Below, one piece after another: positions 34,740 to 43,842 of a stretch of DNA of 64,000 nt. Made by a program: the position numbers and the translations under genes. The DNA comes from Rubripirellula sp. (lineage in GTDB: Bacteria > Planctomycetota > Planctomycetia > Pirellulales > Pirellulaceae): NCBI GenBank assembly GCA_965216875.1, contig OZ244207.1:7136001-7200000 (forward strand). The letters run 5' to 3'. Under the pieces are notes generated by a model, which saw only the letters and a list, made by a program, of their open reading frames with translations, did not search any database and had not been told where the DNA came from. Position 1 is the stretch's first letter. Each line of letters opens with the position of its first letter.

Positions 34740-35048
34740 GGTCCCATCCTTGTCGCCGTGTGATGTTTGCCTGAATCGACTTTGATGATCGCCAACGACG
34801 TCTTTCCGGACGCCGGTTTGGCTTCAGCCGAGCGAGTCCCGTGAGTCTAGCGGGCAACCGCAGGGCGGAGCGAGGTTGATTTTGGGGTTCTCCACCCGGT
34901 TGGGGCCCGGATTGGTAAGAATCTGAGAGTTTTTAATGGCGTTGGATCTTCCCTTGTGCGGCGATTTGGCATCCTGCGAGCCACGTTTTTGGGAAAATCT
35001 CCGTTCTGAACTGGTCGTTCCGGCACCGCACCTCCAAAAGGGCGGCGA

Positions 35049-35078
35049 TTGACAACCCGAGTGCCCGCCGACAAATCT
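35049..35078 (+). promoter_or_regulatory. Putative sigma70 promoter of the rpe operon
   Basis: TTGACA at 35049-35054; weak -10 AAATCT 18 nt downstream. Confidence 0.35.
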
Positions 35079-35225
35079 GTTGCCCCGCTGAGAGATCGGT
35101 GGTTCCCCTCTGAGGGATCGACGGGTTCGGGAACAGGCACTTTTGGACAGCTTCCAAGGTCTGTTTTCTGGGCAGCGTTCGTCGATGAATCCCCCAGGTT
35201 TTTGACTCAGTAACGAGTGAAGTGC

Positions 35226-35912
35226 ATGTCGAGGAATCGACTCGACTCAATCCGTGCCGCGGCGCCCGCCGTCCTGCCGAGTTTGCTGCTATGCGACTTC
35301 GGCGACCTGCGAAGCGAAATCGCTCGCCTGGAAGAAGCGGGGACGCACGTGTTGCATCTTGATGTGATGGACGGCCACTTTGTTCCGAACATGACCTATG
35401 GCATGCCCATCGTCGAAGGTCTGCGCCGCCATACCGAGATGCCCCTCGATGTGCATCTGATGATCAGCGACCCGATCACGTATGCCAAACCGATGGTCGA
35501 CGCCGGTGCAGATCTGCTGACCTTTCATGCTGAAGCGGTCGAAGATGTTGCGGCAACGGCACAGCAAATCCGGGATTTGGATGTCGGGGTTGGGATTGCT
35601 TTGAACCCAGGAACGCCGCTTGAAGCGATTGCATCCTGTGTTGAGATGGTCGACATGGTGCTGGTGATGAGTGTCGAGGCTGGTTTTGGCGGCCAGTCGT
35701 TCAATCCAGAGGTGCTTGAGAAGTTGCGGACGTTGCGTGAGCAGCGCCCTGACCTGTTGCTGCAGATCGATGGCGGCATCGATGCCAGCACGATCGGGCC
35801 AGCGCGTGAAGCGGGCTGTGACCTGTTCGTCGTTGGTTCGGCGATCTTCAAGAAAGAAGACTACAAGGTTGCGATCGACGATTTGAACTCAGCGATGGGG
35901 GCGTCGGCATGA
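35226..35912 (+). CDS. rpe: Ribulose-phosphate 3-epimerase
   Basis: HLDVMDGHFVPNMTYG, DVHLM, LVMSVEAGFGGQ, IDGG, VVGSAIF. Confidence 0.97.
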   Translation: MSRNRLDSIRAAAPAVLPSLLLCDFGDLRSEIARLEEAGTHVLHLDVMDGHFVPNMTYGMPIVEGLRRHTEMPLDVHLMISDPITYAKPMVDAGADLLTFHAEAVEDVAATAQQIRDLDVGVGIALNPGTPLEAIASCVEMVDMVLVMSVEAGFGGQSFNPEVLEKLRTLREQRPDLLLQIDGGIDASTIGPAREAGCDLFVVGSAIFKKEDYKVAIDDLNSAMGASA

Positions 35913-36493
35913 TCTTGAAGACCAAGACCGCCTCCCGCGTTTTGTTGGTTCGTCCCGGCGCGACCGAGTTTGATGACCAAGGGCGAATCAAGGGTTCGCT
36001 TGACATGCCGATGAGCGACCGTGGTCGCCAGCAGGTCGATTCGCTCGCCGAAGAGTTGTCGGACGTGCGGGTCAAAACGATCTACATTGGACCTTGTGAA
36101 TCAGCCCGCGAGACGGCAGACCGCCTGGCCAAGGGGCGTGACGTCCGCGTGAAAGTGGTCGAGGCGTTTCGCAACATCGACCACGGTTTGTGGCATGGCA
36201 AGCTGATCGACGAATTGCGCCGCAACCATCCACGCCTTTACCGACAAGGGCAAGAAAGCCCCGATGAGGTTTGCCCGCCAGGTGGTGAATCGATCCTGGA
36301 AGTCAAAGCCCGAGTGCTCAAAGCGGTTCGCAAGATTGCTCGAAAGAGCGGCGAGGAGCTTGTGGCGATCATTGTCCCTGATCCGATGGCCGCCGTCGTC
36401 GAGAGTCTGATATCGGGTGACGAGATCCCAGAGCTTTGGGATGTGGAAACGGACAACGGCCGCTGGCAGATCGTCGAATCGGTCATCCGCTAG
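35909..36493 (+). CDS. Histidine phosphatase (phosphoglycerate mutase) fold protein lacking catalytic histidines
   Basis: LLVRPGAT in place of RHG; DMPMSDRGRQQ; ARETA; IDHGLWHG; PGGES; ATGA overlap with rpe. Confidence 0.85.
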   Translation: MILKTKTASRVLLVRPGATEFDDQGRIKGSLDMPMSDRGRQQVDSLAEELSDVRVKTIYIGPCESARETADRLAKGRDVRVKVVEAFRNIDHGLWHGKLIDELRRNHPRLYRQGQESPDEVCPPGGESILEVKARVLKAVRKIARKSGEELVAIIVPDPMAAVVESLISGDEIPELWDVETDNGRWQIVESVIR

Positions 36494-36510
36494 CAATGCG
36501 GTGCTGGCTA

Positions 36511-36555
36511 TCGCCAGAAGGTGATGGTTTCGTAGCTACCTTCGCCAGAAGGTGG
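36511..36555. repeat. GTAG REP family C (GTAGCTACSYTCGCCAGARSGTGG): one full and one partial copy
   Basis: Same motif recurs at 42609, 42662, 43807, 52476, 52506, 52559, 55133 and 61843. Confidence 0.85.
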
Positions 36556-37039
36556 AGTTCTCGTTTTTAGCCTGACCTTGGGCGCCGCCCGACGCCGAGA
36601 GGCCCGCAGCTTCCGGATACGGCTCGATACAAACGGGCGATGCAGGAGCCAAGAGTCGACTGCGCCTATGGAAAAAACGCGTGCGACCGGTTCCTGAGAA
36701 CCGATCGCCCCGCGACTGCTCGCCAAACGGCAAAAGTCGATTTCATCGCGACAATCGTGAATATCGGCGCCTTTACCCCAATCGGGGAGGTCGGGTTGCC
36801 GCGTTACGGATGCGGCCCCATTGCAGGGCGAATAGAATATCGGATTGAGTACATCAGTCCTGAAGCCCCGTTTTCTCTACAGATGCACGAGATTTTCCGC
36901 TCGACGGCGTCGGTTGAAGTGAGCTAAGAATCAGGCTGGGTCCAGCTTGAGTGCCGCCCGTTGCGACCGCAGAGCGATTGTGATCAGTCTTGCCGATCGT
37001 TCGGCGTCGACGCTTATACCACCGAGGATTCCCTCAATC

Positions 37040-38680
37040 ATGTCTCGACTATTTGTTTGTTTGTTCTGTTCTCTGTTCACTCTGGCGACAACTAGTGCTG
37101 AACCGAACATGCCTTCGCAAGTGACTTTGATTAATGAGTCGATCGAGCAAGGTTGGCGCGACTTCGAGATCCGTCCTGCGAAAGAGGTCGGCGACGCGGC
37201 TTGGTGCCGACGCACCTACTTGGATGTGATCGGTCGCATTCCAAGCCTCGAAGAATTGCAGGCGTTTGTCAGTGAACGCGGCGTGGACAAAAAGGCCAAG
37301 CTGGTCGACATGCTTTTGCACGACGACAAGTACACCGAGGAATACGCCAACCATTGGGCGACCGTTTGGACCAACATCTTGATCGGTCAAAGCGGAGGGA
37401 ACGATCGTCGCTCGATGACCAGCCGCAGTGGCTTGCAAAAGTACTTGCGAGACTCATTTGCGCGGAACAAGCCGTACAACAAGATGGTCTATGAGTTGGT
37501 GACCGCCGAAGGGGCGACCAAGCCAGGTGCCGAGAATTTCAACGGCGCTGTCAACTTCCTGGTCGACAAGGTGAACGAGGAAAAGGGAGTGCTGGCAACA
37601 AGCAGCACGTCGCGAATCTTCCTCGGTCAACAAGTGCAGTGCACTCAGTGTCACAACCACCCGTTCAATCAATGGAAGCAACAGAAGTTTTGGGAGTTCA
37701 ATTCGTTCTTCCGGCAAACGCGCGCCCTTCGCCGGTTTGTGGATGGAACACGAGACATCGATCACGCCGAGTTGGTTTCCGAAGACTTTGCTGGTGAAGG
37801 TGGTGACCCGAACGAAGCAATCGTGTTTTACGAATTGCGAAATGGTTTGGTCCGCACTGCCCTGCCCGTCTTCACCGACGGCACGGAGGTCGGCTCAAGT
37901 GGTTACGTCGAAGACATCAATCGCCGTCAAGAGCTCGGCCGCTTGATGATGGAAAGCGAGTACCTTGACCAAATGATCGTCAACCGAATGTGGTCATTGT
38001 TCTTGGGGCATGGCTTCACCAAGCCGATCGATGACCTTGGACCGCACAATCCTCAATCGCACAAACAGTTGCTCGAAGACCTTTCCAAAGAGTTTCGCAA
38101 GAGCAGCTATGACCTCAAGCAACTGATCACTTGGATCACCCTCAGTCGACCTTATTCGTTGGATGCCACTTTGGGTGCAAGCAACGAGATCGATGACCCA
38201 TCGATGGGCGAGATGCCAAAGTTCTCGCGATTCTATTTGCGTCAGATGACTGCCGAGCAGCTTTACCAATCGATGGTCACCGCGACCGACGCAAAGGGCT
38301 CGGGAAGCTATGAAGAACAAGAGGCCCAGCGTCGTCGATGGTTGTCCCAGTTTGTAACGGCCTTTGGAACGGACGAAGGCGACGAGTCGACCACGTTCAA
38401 CGGATCAATCCCACAGGCGTTGATGATGTTCAACGGTGAGCTGACCAAGAAAGCAACAAGCGACAAGGATGGCGGTTTCATCGACCGCATCGCCAGCAGC
38501 GGTGCTCGTGATGGTGGCGTCGCGAATTTGTTTATGACCGGGTTGGCACGTCGGCCGACCAAGAAAGAACTCTCCGTCGCCCGCTCGCTGATGCAGGCTC
38601 GTGATGGCGATCAGAAAGAAATGCTCAAGGACCTTTGGTGGGCGATTTTGAACAGTAACGAGTTCATCATGCAGCACTAG
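37040..38680 (+). CDS. DUF1549/DUF1553 protein with one CxxCH
   Basis: Signal peptide; WCRRTYLDVIGRIPS; NKPYNKMV; CTQCHNHPF; VNRMW; IPQALMMFNG; LWWAILNSNEF. Confidence 0.92.
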   Translation: MSRLFVCLFCSLFTLATTSAEPNMPSQVTLINESIEQGWRDFEIRPAKEVGDAAWCRRTYLDVIGRIPSLEELQAFVSERGVDKKAKLVDMLLHDDKYTEEYANHWATVWTNILIGQSGGNDRRSMTSRSGLQKYLRDSFARNKPYNKMVYELVTAEGATKPGAENFNGAVNFLVDKVNEEKGVLATSSTSRIFLGQQVQCTQCHNHPFNQWKQQKFWEFNSFFRQTRALRRFVDGTRDIDHAELVSEDFAGEGGDPNEAIVFYELRNGLVRTALPVFTDGTEVGSSGYVEDINRRQELGRLMMESEYLDQMIVNRMWSLFLGHGFTKPIDDLGPHNPQSHKQLLEDLSKEFRKSSYDLKQLITWITLSRPYSLDATLGASNEIDDPSMGEMPKFSRFYLRQMTAEQLYQSMVTATDAKGSGSYEEQEAQRRRWLSQFVTAFGTDEGDESTTFNGSIPQALMMFNGELTKKATSDKDGGFIDRIASSGARDGGVANLFMTGLARRPTKKELSVARSLMQARDGDQKEMLKDLWWAILNSNEFIMQH

Positions 38681-38748
38681 GCGTTCTTAAACTGACAACC
38701 GAAAATAGACCGGATCACTTATCCAACAAATAAAACAAGGCTTCTCAG

Positions 38749-40020
38749 ATGACTCACTGGCAAACTCCGAAAGGCATGACCCGGCGGCACTTCATGAACC
38801 ACCTTGCTGGTTCAACGGCTGCCGTCAGTGCTGCGATGACCCTTGGGAATTCGATCACGGCACACGCGGACGAGATGCGAAAAAATCGCAAGTCAGCCAT
38901 CCTGCTTTGGATGGGCGGCGGGCCTGCCACGATCGATATCTGGGACCTCAAACCAGGTGCTCCGACCGGTGGACCGTTCCGGCCGATTTCGACCTCGGGC
39001 GACATGCAGATTTGCGAGCACATGCCGATGGTGGCTCAGCAGATGCACAACCTGTCGATCGTGCGAAGCATGTCGACGCGAGAAGCCGACCACGCTCGCG
39101 GTCGCTACTACATGCACACCGGCTATGTTCCTAACCCGAACATCGAACACCCAAGCTACGGCTCGGTCATCGCTCATGAAGTCATGGACCAACGTCCCGG
39201 GCTTGAGATCCCGCCGTTTGTTTCGGTGGGCGGTGGCAGTGCCGGACCTGGTTTCCTTGGCATGGCTTGGGCACCATTTTCGGTAACCAGCAACGGTCGT
39301 ATTCGCAACCTCGAGATGAACCTCGAGAACAGTCGCCTGCTGCAACGCATGTACGCACTGAACACGATTGAGACTGGTTTTGCAAATCGTACGCGCGACC
39401 TTCCTGCGGCAGAGCACGCGAAGGTGCTCAAGAAGACGTTCGACCTGATGACCAGCGAACAGATGGAAGCGTTCCGTGTCGAGAAAGAACCTGAGGAAGT
39501 GAAGGAACGCTACGGCACGGACAACTTCGGCCAAGGTTGCTTGCTCGCGCGACGCTTGGTCGAAGCGGGTGTCCCGTTCGTCGAGGTCGATCTTGGCGGT
39601 TGGGACAACCACAACGGCATTCACCCGCTGTTGAAAGACAACAAGTTGCCACAGCTTGACCGTGCGATGAGCGCGTTGGTCGAGGACTTGGAGCAGCGCG
39701 AATTGCTGCAGGATACTGTGGTGATTTGGATGGGTGAATTTGGACGTACACCGCGCATCAATGCAAACGCTGGTCGCGACCACTTTGCTCGCGCCTGGTC
39801 CTGTGTTGTGGGCGGGGGTGACCTCAAGGGTGGCGTTGCGGTTGGTGAAACCAGCAGCGATGGCCAAGCAGTCGAGACAGAACCCTTCAGCAGTGAAGAT
39901 CTGATGACAACCGTATGCAAGGGATTGGGTATTCCGACCGAAAAGACATTCACCAGTAAGAATGGCCGACCAATGAAGATTGCAGGCGGCGGAAAAATCA
40001 TTAGCGAATTGGTGGCTTGA
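38749..40020 (+). CDS. DUF1501 domain protein, Tat signal
   Basis: MTRRHFM; ILLWMGGGP; CLLARRLVEAGVPFVEV; GWDNH; GEFGRTP; GRDH. Confidence 0.93.
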   Translation: MTHWQTPKGMTRRHFMNHLAGSTAAVSAAMTLGNSITAHADEMRKNRKSAILLWMGGGPATIDIWDLKPGAPTGGPFRPISTSGDMQICEHMPMVAQQMHNLSIVRSMSTREADHARGRYYMHTGYVPNPNIEHPSYGSVIAHEVMDQRPGLEIPPFVSVGGGSAGPGFLGMAWAPFSVTSNGRIRNLEMNLENSRLLQRMYALNTIETGFANRTRDLPAAEHAKVLKKTFDLMTSEQMEAFRVEKEPEEVKERYGTDNFGQGCLLARRLVEAGVPFVEVDLGGWDNHNGIHPLLKDNKLPQLDRAMSALVEDLEQRELLQDTVVIWMGEFGRTPRINANAGRDHFARAWSCVVGGGDLKGGVAVGETSSDGQAVETEPFSSEDLMTTVCKGLGIPTEKTFTSKNGRPMKIAGGGKIISELVA

Positions 40021-40613
40021 TCCACGTGGCTTCGCCGCAGGGATCAACGAGTCAATCTATCGAACCAACGGACGATTCGGAACTTTCGCCTGATCAGGAG
40101 AAGGCCGAATTGGGGCCGGCGGAGTTGATCGCGCGTCACCAAAACGGGGTTTGGAGATACCTGCGGATGCTTGGCTGCGATGCGGCAACCGCTGACGATT
40201 TGACGCAGGAGACGTTTTTACGAGTTCTGAGTCGAGAAAGTTTCATTCAACATAATGACGCTGCCACTTCGGGTTACTTGCGTCGCACGGCCTACAACCT
40301 GTTGGTCTCGCGGCACCGCAAGTTGGCGCGAGTGCAGACCGTCGCGGAGCCGGCCGTGTTGGATGTGATTTGGGAGCGCTGGGCCGGAAAGGATTTGTCA
40401 GGAGACCTTGCGATCGATGCGTTGAAGTCCTGTCTTCAAACGTTGACCGATCGCGCACAACAAGCATTACGAATGAGATTTGCCGAGAACGCCAGCCGAG
40501 TTGAAATCGGCGAATCACTCGGCATTTCCGATCACGGGGCTCGCAACTTAATGCAGCGTGCAAAGCAGCAACTGCGAATGTGCGTTGAAGAAAAATTGCG
40601 TCAAGCAAAATGA
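40017..40613 (+). CDS. ECF RNA polymerase sigma factor
   Basis: Region 2 VWRYLRMLG..ADDLTQETFL; region 4 LTDRAQQALRMRF...EIGESLGIS...RAKQQLRMC. Start TTG 40017 or GTG 40026. Confidence 0.92.
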   Translation: MIHVASPQGSTSQSIEPTDDSELSPDQEKAELGPAELIARHQNGVWRYLRMLGCDAATADDLTQETFLRVLSRESFIQHNDAATSGYLRRTAYNLLVSRHRKLARVQTVAEPAVLDVIWERWAGKDLSGDLAIDALKSCLQTLTDRAQQALRMRFAENASRVEIGESLGISDHGARNLMQRAKQQLRMCVEEKLRQAK

Positions 40614-42559
40614 CAGACGACCAGCAAGACGACAAAATCGAGGAATTCGCACCAGGTGTAGAGCAAGCGCTCGACGTCCTGCTGAGCGAAGCGCACGGTG
40701 CTACTTCACCGCCCGATTTGTCAGACCGAATTCTCGATAAATTGCACGCGCTTGACGGTGCGCCCTACGGTGAATCGTTGTCCGACATCATCCTTGATGG
40801 CGGCGACCTTCATGGTGGGGCCGCGCTGTCAAAGAAAAAACGCCGTATCGCGATTGCAAGTGCCATCCTTGTTGCCATCGCCGCAGCCCTGTTGGTGATG
40901 TTCACTGGTGACGGGGATGTCGATCTTGATGGTGATCCTTCCACACAGGTTGCGGGTGCTGGCGATTCCGAATCGGATTCCGACGATACCTATGCCGATT
41001 CAACACCGCCAACCGATGGCGATGTGACCAGCGAGTCGGCGGAAGAGCAGCAAGATCGGTCACTCGCTCCAGCTGGACGCGGCATTCCGCTGGTGCTCAA
41101 CCATGGCGAAGATACCGAGTCCGAAACACAGCCGGGCAGTCTTGATTGGCTGATTCCCACCGTCCCCAAGTCGGAAGTCGCGATCACTTTGGTTTCGACC
41201 GATGTCGATTCGGACATGACCAACTACTGGCAGGCGATCGGCATCGATCCATCAGGTGATGCTCCCGCCGAAGAGGTTGCGGCCCGCTTGGCCGCAGTGG
41301 TGGGCATCGAATTGGATGCTGCCGCTGTCAAAGATTCGACGTTGATTCAAGAGGAAATCGCGCGTCCGGTGATTAGCAAAGTCATCGCACGACGATGGCT
41401 GACCGAGTTGACCGGCGGTGGAATCAACCGAGTTGAAAAGACAACGCGACAAGCTTTGATCAACGAGTTGAGCCAATGTTTCCGTTCGAAGCAAAGCTTT
41501 GACCGTACGCTCGCGAGCTGGATGAGTGGCAAGAGCGAACATTCGTCGGCCTTTTACACCGCCTTCGCAGGTGATGGGCGTCATCAAAGTGTTCGGCGAC
41601 TTGCATCGTTGACGGCGAACGTCGACCTTCGCTGCGTGCAGTGCCACGACTCGTACATCGAGGGCAATGTGGCGCAAAGCGACTACTGGTCGTTTGCCGC
41701 ATTCCTGAACAAGGGGCTGAGTCGTCAGCGCGATGACTGGAGTGTGGATGCCGAAAACCACACCGCGGCGCCGCTGTTCTATTCATTGCCAGATGGCCGA
41801 CAAAAAATCGCCGAGTCCGAGATCCCGCAGCGATGGGTTTCTGGACCGAAGCCCGAGAAGATTGTCGATTGGTCCGCATCGGTGGTCGGCTCCAAGCGAC
41901 TTGCGCGCGGCGTTGTGAATTCGCTTTGGAAACTGGTGCATGGGCAATCGCTTCGAGGGCACGTTTTCGACACGTCGAGTGCACCCCATGACAAGGCGCT
42001 CGATCGTCTTGAACAACGCTTGGCGAATGACTTTGTTGGATCGAACTTTGATGTTGGGCGACTGTTGGCGTTGATCGTCGCATCGCCCTCCGCGCGACGT
42101 AGCGTTCCCGAAGCGTTGCGGCCTGAGAACACGATTGCGTCCAGCGAGGAAGTTCATCAAGCGATGCAATCGGTCAACGCGTTTGCCGCTTCAATGCCAC
42201 CGCATCGGTCGTTGCCCATCCAACGTCGAATTGAGATTGCTCAATCACGCATTGGTGCAACGCTTGATGGCACCCAGCCCGTGCTGGCTCAGGGGACCGG
42301 TGAGTTGTCGAGTGAACCGCCTCGGGTCAATCCAAACCGTTCGAAAGCCGGAAGCGACTTCCCAAGTCGTGCTCACGGACTGCCGGTTCAATGGTTGTCT
42401 CGAATCGAAGATCCCCAGAATCAAGCCGCTCATCTCGGCTACCTGGCCGGAATGCACGAGTTTTCACCTGAGCTCCAGGCAGCGGCTAAGCAGCTTGAGG
42501 AGGCTGGAGAGGATCGCTCGCTGGCACTTCAGCGAATCTGGTGGCTGGTTCGCCCCTAG
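40610..42559 (+). CDS. Putative single-TM anti-sigma factor with degenerate DUF1549/DUF1553 extracytoplasmic region (CxxCH)
   Basis: ATGA overlap with the sigma gene; short N-domain LDVLLSE..PPDLSDRIL; KKKRR then TM; acidic linker; RCVQCHD..YWSFAAFL; VVNSLWKLVHG; NFDVGRLLALIVAS. Confidence 0.75.
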   Translation: MTDDQQDDKIEEFAPGVEQALDVLLSEAHGATSPPDLSDRILDKLHALDGAPYGESLSDIILDGGDLHGGAALSKKKRRIAIASAILVAIAAALLVMFTGDGDVDLDGDPSTQVAGAGDSESDSDDTYADSTPPTDGDVTSESAEEQQDRSLAPAGRGIPLVLNHGEDTESETQPGSLDWLIPTVPKSEVAITLVSTDVDSDMTNYWQAIGIDPSGDAPAEEVAARLAAVVGIELDAAAVKDSTLIQEEIARPVISKVIARRWLTELTGGGINRVEKTTRQALINELSQCFRSKQSFDRTLASWMSGKSEHSSAFYTAFAGDGRHQSVRRLASLTANVDLRCVQCHDSYIEGNVAQSDYWSFAAFLNKGLSRQRDDWSVDAENHTAAPLFYSLPDGRQKIAESEIPQRWVSGPKPEKIVDWSASVVGSKRLARGVVNSLWKLVHGQSLRGHVFDTSSAPHDKALDRLEQRLANDFVGSNFDVGRLLALIVASPSARRSVPEALRPENTIASSEEVHQAMQSVNAFAASMPPHRSLPIQRRIEIAQSRIGATLDGTQPVLAQGTGELSSEPPRVNPNRSKAGSDFPSRAHGLPVQWLSRIEDPQNQAAHLGYLAGMHEFSPELQAAAKQLEEAGEDRSLALQRIWWLVRP

Positions 42560-42570
42560 GGAATTCTTTT

Positions 42571-42722
42571 GTGAGCCGCACGCGCTAGCGTCGGGCCTTT
42601 CACTCAACGTAGCTACGCTCGCCAGAGCGTGGTGAATTGGAAAGCGGTCTACCGGTGAAAACCACCTTCTGGCGAAGGTAGCTACGGTCCGCGAGACGAC
42701 GCGGAGCTTGCGAGCGTAGCGA
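42571..42722. repeat. REP cluster (family A arm plus inverted family C pair)
   Basis: gtgagccgcacgcgctagcgtcgggcc; gtagctacgctcgccagagcgtgg at 42609-42632; ccaccttctggcgaaggtagctac at 42662-42685. Confidence 0.85.
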
Positions 42723-42812
42723 CGAGGAATCTCATCCCTTGCGGCCGCTTGATGGAGTATGATGGGGGTTGCTTATTCTCCTCCTCCTCCTCCGGTCGTT
42801 TGCAGGAAGCTG

Positions 42813-43682
42813 ATGGGCATTCGGTTTGCATGCCATGTCTGCGAAAGACGTCTGAACATCAAAAAAGAGCTTGCCGGCAAACGGGGGATTTGCCCGGTCT
42901 GTGCGGCTCGCATTCGGATCCCGCTTGCGGACACCGACAAGTCGACTCCGGTTGATGAGGCCAAGCCGGTCGCTGCTGCAGCCGCGCCTGCGGCGGTTTC
43001 AACTGCCACTGCCTCACCGATCGCAGCGGCACCTCAACCCGTTGCCAGCCGAGCCTCGGTCGAGGTTGCATCACAGCCATCGACCCCAATGCCCGTCGAG
43101 CAGAAATACCGGACGCCGGCATCTGCCGTTTCTCAGCCGACCGCTGAAACGTTAAATGATGACTTGCTGGTCGAGCATTCACCGGTGCCCGAAAAGGGCT
43201 CCGAGACGTCGTCGCTTGACTTGTTGACCGAAGAGAACGAGGCGACTTGGTATGTCCGTCCGCCGAGCGGTGGCCAATACGGACCGGCCACGACGGAGGT
43301 GCTAAGGCATTGGATTCAAGAAGGACGAGTTGCGTCTAACGCGTTACTTTGGCGTGAGGGTTGGCCCCAATGGCGCGATGCGGCCGATGCACTGCCCGAG
43401 TTTGCCGGACGGCTTCCGAAGAGTCGCGGCGGGACGCCTCGCTTTTCGACATCCAATCCACCCGACGTTCCGGGAGCCTCGAGTTCCGACCAAACAGGAT
43501 CGGTTGGAACAGGATCCGTTGTCCAGGGCGAGCTGTCAGCCGGTGCGAATGTGGCTCACGCCGAAGAGCGGATGGAAGAGGCTTCGAGACGATCGAAGCC
43601 GAACCAGATGGTGACGATCATCGTGCTTGGCGTGATTGCCTTGACGCTGATACTCGTGTTGGCATTTGTGGCGGCACGATAG
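42813..43682 (+). CDS. Zinc-ribbon + GYF_2 (DUF4339) domain protein with C-terminal TM anchor
   Basis: CHVC...CPVC; WYVRPPSGGQYGP...WIQEGRV...LWREGWPQW; hydrophobic C-terminus. Confidence 0.88.
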   Translation: MGIRFACHVCERRLNIKKELAGKRGICPVCAARIRIPLADTDKSTPVDEAKPVAAAAAPAAVSTATASPIAAAPQPVASRASVEVASQPSTPMPVEQKYRTPASAVSQPTAETLNDDLLVEHSPVPEKGSETSSLDLLTEENEATWYVRPPSGGQYGPATTEVLRHWIQEGRVASNALLWREGWPQWRDAADALPEFAGRLPKSRGGTPRFSTSNPPDVPGASSSDQTGSVGTGSVVQGELSAGANVAHAEERMEEASRRSKPNQMVTIIVLGVIALTLILVLAFVAAR

Positions 43683-43720
43683 TTCAATGGCCTACCGTTG
43701 GTAGCCTCTCGGTCGTCTCC

Positions 43721-43830
43721 GTTCGTAGTCCCGCCTTTAGGCGGAAAAGGGTGTGAAGATTCCGGCTAAAGCTCTGTACGACGAACCGGTTGCTCTCTCC
43801 GCCAGCCCACGCTCTGGCGAGCGTGGCTAC
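43721..43830. repeat. REP cluster (family B hairpin plus reverse family C copy) between convergent genes
   Basis: gttcgtagtcccgcctttaggcgga...ttccggctaaagctctgtacgacgaac; ccacgctctggcgagcgtggctac. Confidence 0.85.
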
Positions 43831-43842
43831 GAAGAAAAAAGC

